A DNA stretch of 64,000 nt, taken from NCBI GenBank assembly GCA_951406725.2, contig OX597826.1:66278001-66342000 (forward strand). The letters are read 5' to 3'. Positions 53,467 through 64,000 of this stretch are shown here, in pieces; position 1 is the stretch's first letter, and each line of letters begins with the position of its first letter. A program made the translations under genes and the position numbers. The notes under the pieces are model-generated. The model was not told the origin of the DNA and made no database searches. It saw only the letters and a program-made list of their open reading frames with translations. The DNA comes from Octopus vulgaris. Taxonomy: Eukaryota.

Positions 53467-53699
53467 TCTTTCTTTACTGCCCACAAGGGGCTAAACACAG
53501 AATGGACAAACAAGGACAGACAAACGGATTAAATCGATTACATCGACTCCAGTACGTAACTGGTACTTATTTAATCGACCCCGAAAGGATGAAAGGCAAA
53601 GTCGACCTCGGCGGAATTTGAACTCAGAATGTAACGGCAGACGAAATACGGCTACGCATTTCGCCCGGCGTGCTAACGGTTCTGCCAGCTCGCCGCCTT
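53467..53699 (-). mobile_element. SINE family B monomer (tail 1) fused downstream of U6
   Basis: Complete GGCGGCGAGCTGGCAGAA head 7 nt after the U6 3' end. Confidence 0.9.
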
Positions 53700-53704
53700 A
53701 TTAG

Positions 53705-53752
53705 AAAATATGGAACGCTTCACGAATTGCGTATCATCCTTGCGCAGGGGCC

Positions 53753-53785
<33 letters not shown>

Positions 53786-53809
53786 AATATATACCGCCGT
53801 AGTTAGAAC
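53705..53809 (-). pseudogene. U6: U6 snRNA full-length retrocopy
   Basis: Minus strand GTTCT...AAAATTGGAACGATACAGAGAAGATTAGCATGGCCCCTGCGCAAGGATGATACGCAATTCGTGAAGCGTTCCATATTTT, with the ACAGAGA box, AGC triad and ISL intact. The 5' stem is diverged and there is a 1-nt deletion. Confidence 0.95.
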
Positions 53810-54059
53810 ATTTTACATCCCAGCAGCTCTTTATTATTTTCATGTAACCGAATGGGGGATCTTTTCTAGACGTTTTGTTGAATTTGGTGCTGTACTTGTG
53901 TCAGATCAAAAGTCCACTGAAAGTTTTCTTGATAATCCTGCGACACGCGATAGTTGAACCCAGTACTCTGGTCACCATGGTGTATATAGTTTAACTGTTA
54001 CTAGTTTCAGTCATAGGACTGCGGCTATGCTCTCTCTCTCTCCCAAAGGAATTCTATTT

Positions 54060-54281
54060 TACTCTTTTATCTTTTACTTGTTTCAGTCATTTGACTGCAG
54101 CCATGCTGGAGCACCGCCTTTAGTCGAGCAAATCGACCCCAGGACTTATTCTTTGTAAGCCTAGTACTCATTCTATCGGTCTCTTTTGCCGAACCGCTAA
54201 GTTACGGGGACGTAAACACACCAGCATCAGTTGTCAAGCGATGTTGGGGGACAAACACATACACACAAACATATACACACG

Positions 54282-54333
<52 letters not shown>

Positions 54334-54537
54334 CATATATACGACGGGCTTCTTTCAGTTTCCGTCTACCAAATCCACTCACAAGGCTTTGGTCAGCCCG
54401 AGGCTATAGTAGAAGACACTTACCCAAGGTGCCGCGCAGTGAGACTGAACCCGGAACCATCTGGTTCGTAAGCAAGCTACTTACCACACAGCCACTCCTA
54501 TGCCTATAACTTACCACACAGCCACTCCTACGCCTAT
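54060..54537 (-). mobile_element. SINE family A with a 30-bp duplication of its 5' end
   Basis: ACTTACCACACAGCCACTCCTA(T/C)GCCTATA twice at ~54479-54538. Confidence 0.9.
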
Positions 54538-54748
54538 AAAGACAAATCATGGAAAAAACCTCGAACTATTAGATTTGTCATCGGATGTAACGTGAATAAT
54601 GAACCAAGAACCGACGGCTGCAAGACTATGACAGATGGTTCAAAATCTACGGCAAGTTTCGACCTCGACAACTGAGCTGTTTTGTTATTGTAAGACATTA
54701 CAAAAACGTTGGACTATCAACTGTAAACTTGCATTTAGTCCCAAACTA

Positions 54749-54972
54749 TTGGGTTGTCCGGAAAGTTCGTGCCGACTTTTAAAGGAAAGAAAAAGGTCAA
54801 TAAATATTTGCCATTACTTGCCATTACATTTTTAATCAACCAAATATGAACCATTTTGTTGCACAATCTTTCATTTAACTTGAAAATATCCTCTTCCCAG
54901 AATTGAGGTGCCTGGGAGGGTAGTCGAAAGGTAAGCTACTATAAATCGGCACGAAGTTTCCGGACAATCCAA
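54749..54972 (-). mobile_element. Mariner-derived MITE (same family as 13021-13586)
   Basis: TIRs TTGGGTTGTCCGGAAA with TA flanks; internal sequence matches the ends of 13021-13586. Confidence 0.88.
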
Positions 54973-55021
54973 TATACCGCAGCATGAAAGGCCAAAACTC
55001 CATACCCTCAAGGTTGTAAAT

Positions 55022-55279
55022 CAGTGGTTTTTTCAGCCATTTTTTGCCTGTAGACCCCTTTGATTCCTATTTCACTCAGCTGGGCCCCTATACCCATTTC
55101 ATGTTTTAAAAAATCCCATTATAGTTCTATGATTAAATATTACTAGAAATTGTATTAAAAAATTGTTAAAACATTTTGTGTACTGTAGAAACAAAACCAA
55201 TTTATTGCACATGAATTTTAACAACAAAATCTTATATGGATTCCCCAAGGGTCATGTGGAGCCCAGTTGAGAATCACTG
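55022..55279 (+). mobile_element. hAT-like MITE
   Basis: CAGTGGTT...AATCACTG termini; imperfect 8-bp flanks TTGTAAAT/GTGAAAAT. Confidence 0.6.
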
Positions 55280-55349
55280 GTGAAAATGGCGCTCTCCGAG
55301 ATAATCTGGACTCATTCTGGGAAAATGGAGAACCTAGAATCTACAACAC

Positions 55350-55961
55350 AACATAGACAATAGAACTCAGAAAGCGCAAACCTCCGCCAAGGCAACACCA
55401 ACGTCCTCTCAACGATTAGCCGGAGATGATTTTTAAAATGAGAGTATCTGAAATAAACTCGACTGCTCTCACAAACGAGAATACTAAAAATGAACCCGAC
55501 CGCTCTCAAAAATTAAGTAGAAAAACCGGAAAAATAATCCCGAATCCTTTTCCGGTACCAGATCAATCTCAAAATCTTATTTCTTTATTGCCCACAAGGG
55601 GCTAAACACAGAGAGGACAAACAAGGACAGACAAACGGATTAAGTCGATTATATCGACCCCAGTGCGTAACTGATACTTAATTTATTGACCCCGAAAGGA
55701 TGAAAGGCAAAGTCAACCTCGGTGGAGTTTGAACTCAGAACGTTGCGGCAGACGAAATACCGCTAAGCATTTCACCCGGCGTACTAACGTTTCTGCCAGC
55801 TCCCAAAATCTAATCAGTTCGTGCCAGTCACGAGGCCACACATCCCTGAAAGTTTCATCCGAATCCATCCAGCGGTTCTTGAGATATCTTGTCCACGGAC
55901 AAACAAACAAACAAACACTGCTGGAAATAATACCTCTGCCTTCGCTAAGGCGGAGGTAATA
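55350..55961 (-). mobile_element. Helentron-associated (HINE/DINE-1-like) non-autonomous element, interrupted by SINE B (55578-55801)
   Basis: Minus strand ATTACCTCCGCCTTAGCGAAGGCAGAGGTA terminal hairpin, (GTTT)n tract, and 3' CCTTGGCGGAGGT subterminal inverted copy. Confidence 0.7.
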
Positions 55962-56242
55962 AACGGCACAACGGCGATGCAATATAATCAAATGAACTAC
56001 GAAGTGAATGGTGTGAAAACGTCTCACCAAAAGCGTGACACCTCCAGTGAAATTCTCCTGACAGTTGTCAAACTACCAAATTGGGAATCACATGGGAATG
56101 ATATGGTAATTATTGGCATATGAAACTCCCATTCTACTGGGAAATTCCCATGAATGTATTCAAATAAACGATGGATTCTGATCTCGGCCTGACAGATTGA
56201 TTGACTCTTAAACAGACAACATACGTACTTAAGAATTAAGAC

Positions 56243-56273
<31 letters not shown>

Positions 56274-56352
56274 TGTATGTATGTATGTATGTATGTATGT
56301 ATGTATGTATGTATGTATGCACGTATGTATGCATGTATGCATACTTGCTTGC

Positions 56353-56385
<33 letters not shown>

Positions 56386-56483
56386 TGTATGTATGTATGT
56401 ATGTATGAATGTATGTATGTATGTATGAATGTGTGTATGTATGTATGTATGTATGTATGTATGTATGTATGTATGTATGTATG

Positions 56484-56538
<55 letters not shown>

Positions 56539-56736
56539 ATAAACGGTTTTCAGCCGTGGCTCCCAGGGCTGCATATATCCTCCAAGAATTCTTCCGAAAG
56601 TCTTCTCTCTCTGGATACAACAAAAGTTTCTTTAATTGATGTGTGTTTTACATTTCCTGGTGCTGACCGCTAACAAAGATCCAGACTTTTAGGTCTGGCC
56701 CGGGTATTTAAAAGGTTGAAAACCACTTATCTAGAT

Positions 56737-56990
56737 AAGTTTCTTTATTAGCCACACAAGGCTGCATACAGACGGGACAGATTACAAAGTAAAGCTTTTC
56801 TTTTTGGGGAGAAAAAGAAAAAAAGTGGGGTAGGTTTTCGATCAAAAGGGATCGTAAAAGGGAGGAAAAAAAAACAATCAATAGGGATCGTGTATCACAG
56901 AAATGTCATGATGTAATGTGTAAAGGGGGAAGCAGATAATGTTTATCCGTGGAAAGAAAAGCCTACGGAAAAGACCACGGTAACCTCGTA
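56737..56990 (-). mobile_element. Retroposon 3' end sharing the tail of SINE B type 1
   Basis: Minus strand ends TGTCCCGTCTGTATGCAGCCTTGTGTGGCTAATAAAGAAAC, versus the SINE tail TGTCCCCTCTRTGTTTAGCCCCTTGTGGGYARTAAAGAAAT. Confidence 0.5.
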
Positions 56991-57465
56991 TATAGATAAA
57001 TAGATGGCTAGATAGATAGATAGATAGAGACAGACAAACAGACAGACACACACACACACACACATACACACACACACACACACACTCACACAGATACACA
57101 CGCACAACACACAAACACACATATATAAATAGTAATACAAAAAGGTGTGTGTGTGTGTGAAATTAAAATACAAAACAAAGGGAAGGAAAAAGTATATATA
57201 TTTGCATTGAGAACTATTCTTTTCTTCACTCGTTTATTACTGTCATTTTGACGCCTGTCCATTGTCCGGAAATAGTTTTTAGCAGCAATGTGGCTTTCCC
57301 CTCAGCCCCAACCTTTCATCCCATTGTGCTGCCGTCCTAAGACCCGAGAAAAAAGAAAGAAAGTAAATATATAAGTAGATAAATAAACGAATATATAAAT
57401 ATATCTACCACATATATATACTCCGAGTATAATGACAACTTTTTACTGTTTGTTCTAAATTATTC

Positions 57466-58255
57466 CATACATACATACATACATACATTCATACTTACAT
57501 ACGTACATACATACATACATACTATTTGTTTACTACACTATAATATTTCTTATACATACATACATACATACATACATACATACATACATGCATACATACA
57601 TGCATACATGCATGCATGCATACATACATACATACATACATACATTCATACATATACGTATATACATACTATTTCATTATTACACTATAATATTTCTTAT
57701 ACATACATACATACATACATACATACATACATTCATACTTACATACGTACATACATACATACATACTATTTCTTTACTACACTATAATATTTCTTATACA
57801 TACATACATACATACATACATACATACATGCATACATGCATGCATACATACATACATGCATACATACATACATACATACATACATACATACATACATACT
57901 ATTTCATTATTACACTATAATATTTCTTATACATACATACATACATACATACATTCATACTTACATACGTACATACATACATACATACTATTTCTTTACT
58001 ACACTATAATATTTCTTATACATACATACATACATACATACATACATACATACATACATGCATACATGCATGCATACATACATACATGCATACATACATA
58101 CATACATACATACATACATACATACATACTATTTCATTATTACACTATAATATTTCTTATACATACATACATACATACATACATACATACATGCATACAT
58201 ACATACATGCATGCATGGATGCATACATACATACATACATACATACATACATACA

Positions 58256-58285
<30 letters not shown>
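57466..58285. repeat. Higher-order repeat: six ~32-bp constant blocks separated by (CATA)n
   Basis: ACTATTT..TTA.TACACTATAATATTTCTTA at ~57521, 57668, 57765, 57898, 57987 and 58128. Confidence 0.9.
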
Positions 58286-58287
<2 letters not shown>

Positions 58288-58867
58288 GGTGTAAATGTCC
58301 TTTTACTCAGCAGAGCCTAGATTCGATCTACGGACCTCTGGATTATGGCCTCATTAAACCTTCATTGCGTCACGTTGCTCAACGAGTGATTAAGCACGTA
58401 CGCATTGTATCATTTCTTTTGTTGTTTGTCTGGGTTAAATTACTTCTATTACATCGTCCACCCTGTGTTATTTATTTATTTTTACTTTTATTCATTCACT
58501 TCTATGCATTGAACTGTGTCATATGTAAATACATACTGCAGCACTGAGATTTTAATCTGTTTGTTGAAAAGTGATATTTAATCTGTTTGTTGAAAAGTGA
58601 TATTTCACTCTGTCGATAATCCGAGAGTAATGCGTGACAAACCGCATGTATAGATCTCTGCCTTGCAAATCTTGTTTTAGGTGTCTCTTCATTTGCCATT
58701 TTTAGACTAGGCAAGAGCCAAACCAATTCTATATATGTTTCCTCTGCGCAGCGCAACAAGCGTGCTTGCTCGTAGCTTTACTATAAGAACAGTTTGTCTA
58801 AGAATGTGCATGACTCTGTGCTTCATTCATGTACACTAGAGTCGCTAAGCATCACCATATTATGTTT

Positions 58868-59163
58868 GTTCCTTCTCGAGCCATGCCTGGCTCATAAGGG
58901 CCGGTTTCCCGGTTTCCTTGGCGTATAGGTTTCCCACCTGGACGGGACACCGGTCCGTCGTAGGTGAGCTGCAAGATGCAGGAGGAAAGGGTGAGAGAAA
59001 GTTGTGGCGAAAGAGTCAGCAGAAGTTGTGCCATTACCTTCTGCCGGAGCCGCGTGGAGCTTAGGTGTTACGCTCATAAACACACACATCGCCCGGTCTG
59101 AGATTCGAACCTGCGATCCCTCGACCGCGAGTCCGCTGCTCTAACCACTAGGCCATATGCCTC
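58868..59163 (-). mobile_element. SINE family D variant
   Basis: Head TGGCCTAGTGGTTAGAGCAGCGGACTCGCGG, B box GGTTCGAATC; tail resembles family C (GGAAACCGGGAAACCGGCCC). Confidence 0.8.
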
Positions 59164-59412
59164 ACCATAAAAAACCGTTCCTCATGGCAACCACTAAGAA
59201 CTGAAAGAACAGCTATTGTTACAAACCGAATATTCCAGTGTGTCAGTTTCTCTTTGCTGCTCTTCGGTCTGCCTGTAAATCCTTGTCAATCTTGTTGCGC
59301 AAATGTTAAGACCTTATGTTAGGATTTGAAGAGAAAAACCAATGTTCTCCGAATACTTTTGTTGTTTTCGTTGATGACCTTAAACTGTATTTAGGTAATA
59401 TTTTCGACAAGA

Positions 59413-59807
59413 AAGGCGGCGAGCTGGTAGAAACGTTAGCACCCCGGGCGACATGCTTAGCGGTATTTCGTTTGCCTCTACGTTCTGAGTTCCAATTCTG
59501 CCGAGCTCGACTTTGCCTTTCATCCTTTCGGGGTCGATTAAATAAGTACCAGTTACACACTGGGGTCGATATAATCGACTTAATCCGTTTGTCAGTCCTT
59601 GTTTGTCCTCTCTGTGTTTAACCCCTTGTGGGTAGTAAAGAAATAGGTATTTCGTGTCTTTATGTTCTGAGTTCAAATTCTGCCGAAGTCGACTTTGCCT
59701 TTCATACTTTCGGGGTCGAAAATTTATGAACCCGTTGTGTACTGGGTCGATCTAATCGACTGGTCCCCTCCCCAAAAATTTCGGGCCTTGTACCTAGTGT
59801 AGAAAAG
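59413..59807 (+). mobile_element. SINE family B dimer with 16-bp TSD
   Basis: AATATTT(T/G)CGACAAGA at 59397-59412 and 59808-59823. Confidence 0.9.
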
Positions 59808-60106
59808 AATATTTGCGACAAGATCTGCTAATAATATATTCTCGTAGGACATAGGAATAGAGCTTGGTCAGGATAAATGTTTATGTTTTGAAGCCAGCTG
59901 CTGAAAAATTGCTAACCTGACGTGGAATATGGGTACCAAGGCCTGTTTATCTCCTTTACCTCTAATATCGATTGCTAAAAGTATTTCAGAATAGATAAAA
60001 ATGCTGCATATATCGATGCTGTGGTTAAAGTTTTTAAAAAAATAAGAAAACCTTCAGCAGACTTCGGAAGTTATTAAAATTAGAGCTGTCCGCATTCATT
60101 AATACC

Positions 60107-60339
60107 TATTTCTTTATTACCCACAAGGGGCTAAACACAGAGGGGACAAACAAGGACAGACATAGGTATTAAGTCGATTACATCGACCCCAGTGTGTAAC
60201 TGGTACTTAATTTATCGACCCCGAAAGGATGAAAGGCAAAGTCGACCTCGACGGAATTTGAACTCACAACGTAACGGCAGATGAAATACCGCTAGGCATT
60301 TGGACCGGCGTGTTAACGTTTCTGCCAGCTCACCGTCTT
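60107..60339 (-). mobile_element. SINE family B monomer, tail 1, TSD ATTCATTAATACC
   Basis: 13-bp direct repeat on both flanks. Confidence 0.9.
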
Positions 60340-60879
60340 ATTCATTAATACCATATCCCATAATGCTTTCATTGCATTAGTGCTAGTGCTAGTATTTGGA
60401 GCACTAGACATGGCACTTGAAGAGTTTCACAACATGGACATAAAAGCTAATGAGATACTTACCACTAATAATAATTTCAACATCATCAGTGAGACTATTA
60501 GACGACAGAATGGCGGTAGAGGGATATGGCCCGTCCAAGGTATGTACCATCATTTATAAACAAACATACAAGCATACAAACAGATACACACATATCTCCC
60601 GTTTCTTTCCTGCCAAGCTTACTGTTTAAACCATGTTTGCGTTCCCTCAGTCAACAGCCTGATCATTACTGGTACTTTAAATTCTTCGGTTGCATATTTG
60701 TGTGAATAAAATTGTTTTTATTTGGAATAGAAAAAAAGTCTATCTTTATTTCTCCTTTTGCTGGTGTCTCAAATTTAGGTTAAATCAGTGTTTCTCAAAG
60801 GGGAGGCCTATGGGACGGTCGGACAAGTTGTTTTGAGAAAATTTGGTTTAAATGTTTGACAACGGGGGGCGTTTTGCTC

Positions 60880-60948
<69 letters not shown>

Positions 60949-61349
60949 TACATGCTTACATACATAGATATATACTGGTGGTTGTCGTGATTGCGAATGA
61001 GGTGAGGTCACCTTAAAGAGACATTTGTACATCTTTGGATTATATTGATTAAAAACTTGTATAACACGAATGCCACTGTCTGAGTCTCCGTTATTAGTAT
61101 CTAGTGACAAGCCGAAGCGAGAAGACTACTAATCACGTGAAAATGCAGGTTTTACATCAGAGTGTCCCTCACTCCCCGTAGTTTTACTTCGCGCCCTAAT
61201 ACCAACAAAGAGTATTTCTGCGACCCCGTGCTCAGCTGGATTGTCATCAAATATAATACAGAACCCAAGCTGGGACTTTGGTAAATGCTACAACTCCGGG
61301 TCAGAGGAGACCCGCGGACGACACTGGATAAGAGGGGAAAAAAACCCAA

Positions 61350-61875
61350 ACACTCTATCAAAGTAACGCTGGGGTATAAATATACGAAGCCCAGTATACC
61401 CATCATGACTACCCGTCTGATAAGGGTACACCAGGTACATGTATCACAACCACATGTCTACGACATGATGATCACATATCAAGATAAACAGCACATGACC
61501 TTGCAGGTGGGGCACAGTTAAGGTTTTTATTCAGGTCGAGTAGCCCATCCCTTTCAACAGGTCCTTGAATAAGGGTTACGAAACACCCATGTTTCCAGAG
61601 GTGAATTATTCAAACCCCAAAGAATACCTCTCAACACATGACCATGATGACCACCCACCACTTTTGTTCATGATCAGAGATGCACATATTATCATCCACC
61701 AAGGGACATGCTCAACTGGTTACGGTCAAACAACTGATAAGCAAATCTGTGGTATTAAGCAGAATATTTGCTGTAACCCATCTTTTATACCAAGACAAAA
61801 CAATGCACATGTTAACACTTCCAATCAGTTAAGATCAGAAGCCACGAGAGCCACTGTCTGGTACTGCATCAGGGC
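61350..61875. repeat. ~520-bp dispersed repeat, copy 1
   Basis: Colinear with 62211-62737 (CCCAGTATACCCATCATGACTAC...TTAAGATCAGAAGCCA). Confidence 0.85.
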
Positions 61876-62065
61876 AGTTATTGTTATTATTATTTTTCGG
61901 TATTTTCGTCCATCGCCACGTTCCCAGCTCAAATTCCGCAGCGGTCGACTTTGTCTTTCATTCTTCGAGAGTCGATAAATTAAGTACCAGTTGAACACTG
62001 GGTTCGATGTGATCGACTCATCCCCTCCCCACAAAATTCCTGCCCTTGTGGCAAAAATTTGAAAC

Positions 62066-62111
<46 letters not shown>

Positions 62112-62124
62112 GTTGTTGTTGTTG

Positions 62125-62192
<68 letters not shown>

Positions 62193-62210
62193 GTTATTAT
62201 CATTATTATT

Positions 62211-62736
62211 GAGTGAGAAAGCAGTGTCATCAAAATGACACGGGTAAAAAATACGAAACCCAGTATACCCATCATGACTACACGTCTGATAAGGGTACAC
62301 TAGGCACATGCATCACAACCATATGTGCGCAAAATAGTGATCTTATATCAAGATAAACAGTACATAACCTTGCAGGTGGGGGACACAGTTAGAATTTTCT
62401 TCAGGTCGAGTAGACCCATCCTGCGCAAAAGGTCCCTGCATAAGGGTTGTTTAAGGATGATGAACAAAACACCCATGTTTCCAAAGCGAATTATTCAAAA
62501 TCCTAAGAATTCCTCCCAACACATGGCTATGATGCTCCACCACTACTTCTGCTCATGATCAGAGATGCCTATATCGTCAACCACCAAGGGACTCGCTCAA
62601 CTGGTTAAGGTCAAGCAACTGACAAGCAAATCTGTGGAACTGAGCAGAATATTTACTGTAGCCCATCTTTTATACCAAGACGAAACAATGTACAGGATAA
62701 CACCTCCAATACTTTAAGATCAGAAGCCATGAGAGC

Positions 62737-62737
<1 letters not shown>
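62211..62737. repeat. ~520-bp dispersed repeat, copy 2, embedded in (ATT)n
   Basis: Colinear with 61350-61875; (ATT)n on both sides. Confidence 0.85.
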
Positions 62738-62800
<63 letters not shown>

Positions 62801-62809
62801 TTAATTATT

Positions 62810-62840
<31 letters not shown>

Positions 62841-62850
62841 TTATTATCAT

Positions 62851-63118
62851 TCAGTAGTTTTATTTTTATAGCGTGCTTTCACTTCACTACCGGGCGCAGC
62901 TCTGTGTGCCTTAGGTATGTGCTGTGATTTGTTGTGATGCTCTGATGGTTATTGTATGGAAAGTGTTCTGCGTAGGATGTGTGCAGTGCCTAGTAGTGCA
63001 ATTTTCTGTATGTTATATGTGTTTGTAAGTCCTGGTGTTTTTGTTATGTATTTGTCTGAATATTTTTTTATCATGCCTAATGCACCTACTATGATAGGAA
63101 TTGTTTCTGTTTTTAGAT
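62851..63118 (-). mobile_element. 5'-truncated R4/Dong-type LINE 3' end in (TAA)n
   Basis: Minus strand LKTETIPIIVGALGMIKKYSDKYITKTPGLTNTYNIQKIALLGTAHILRRTLSIQ*, then a short UTR and (TAA)n. Confidence 0.85.
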
Positions 63119-63124
63119 TTTTTA

Positions 63125-63176
<52 letters not shown>

Positions 63177-63617
63177 TTTTTATTATTGTTGTTGTTGCTT
63201 TTGTTACTGTGACCACCACCACCACCACCACCACCACCACCACCACCACCACCACCACCACCATCACCATCATCATCATCATCATCATCATCATCATTAT
63301 TATTATTAAGGACTTTGGATAGTCAGAACAATTAATGAATAAAAACAAAAATTGCTTAGCGGTATTTGTTCCAGTGCTTTACATATTCCGTATTCAAATA
63401 CAACAGAAGCCATTCTTCGTCTTTTAACCTTTCGGGTTCTGTGAAATAAAGTACCAGTCAAGTACTGAGATGTCGATTTAATAATCAGCAAACTTCCTCC
63501 GACCAAACTAAAGGCTTTTATGCATTGACTTGAAACTATCGTAAATGTCGTTGTTTTGGCTTTCAGCGGGTGCAAACAAGTTATTTCCACAATTGTCGCT
63601 GCGTAGTTTTTGACTCG

Positions 63618-63671
<54 letters not shown>

Positions 63672-63710
63672 GTAATAATAATGATGATGATGATGATGAT
63701 GATGATAATG

Positions 63711-63829
<119 letters not shown>

Positions 63830-63844
63830 TAATAATAATAATAA

Positions 63845-63941
63845 TGGGCATAAAACCAACATGAACTTCCAACTTGCTGTCTTTGAGGTCTCTGGGTGAG
63901 ACTCGGAGCCAACTTGTACAAATGTAAAGCAAAAGCCAAAC

Positions 63942-63943
<2 letters not shown>
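63845..63943 (+). mobile_element. Very short R4/Dong-like 3' UTR fragment in (TAA)n
   Basis: Unique ~100-bp island (GAGGTCTCTGGGTGAGACTCG) between (TAA)n tracts. Confidence 0.4.

Positions 63944-64000
<57 letters not shown>

Noticed and set aside
53705-53809. Functional U6 gene
   Set aside because: TSD-flanked, fused to a SINE, diverged 5' stem, 1-nt deletion, and no convincing upstream TATA/PSE; treated as a retrocopy.
57466-58285. CRISPR-like repeat-spacer appearance
   Set aside because: Spacers are (CATA)n microsatellites, the context is eukaryotic, and there are no cas genes.

Overview
Eukaryotic, AT-rich, extremely microsatellite-dense DNA, almost entirely repeats. The tRNA-like SINE families and (TA)n/(CATA)n/(TAA)n load resemble coleoid cephalopod (Octopus-like) genomic DNA; this is recognition from memory, not a database result. 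I can support no host protein-coding exon, and nearly all ORFs in the track are translated microsatellites. Supported content: one long uninterrupted Penelope-like (Neptune-type) RT+GIY-YIG ORF (37301-39215, minus), a 5'-truncated CR1/L2-group LINE with one frameshift (40548-42496), and decayed R4/Dong-type RLE LINEs, RTE, mariner, maT/Tc1-like, Tigger/pogo, Merlin, hAT, Helitron and Helentron-type elements. At least four SINE families are present. The most notable signals are: (1) a full-length U6 snRNA copy fused to a SINE inside one target-site duplication; (2) several minimal hammerhead-ribozyme motifs with non-canonical cores, including a compensatory U3-A8 variant behind the Penelope-like ORF; (3) a SINE with two alternative tails, two target preferences and apparent self-insertion; (4) a SINE/LINE shared 3' hairpin with compensatory changes; (5) a ~15-bp motif recurring in pairs in unrelated elements. 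Boundaries of decayed elements are approximate and were read by eye.
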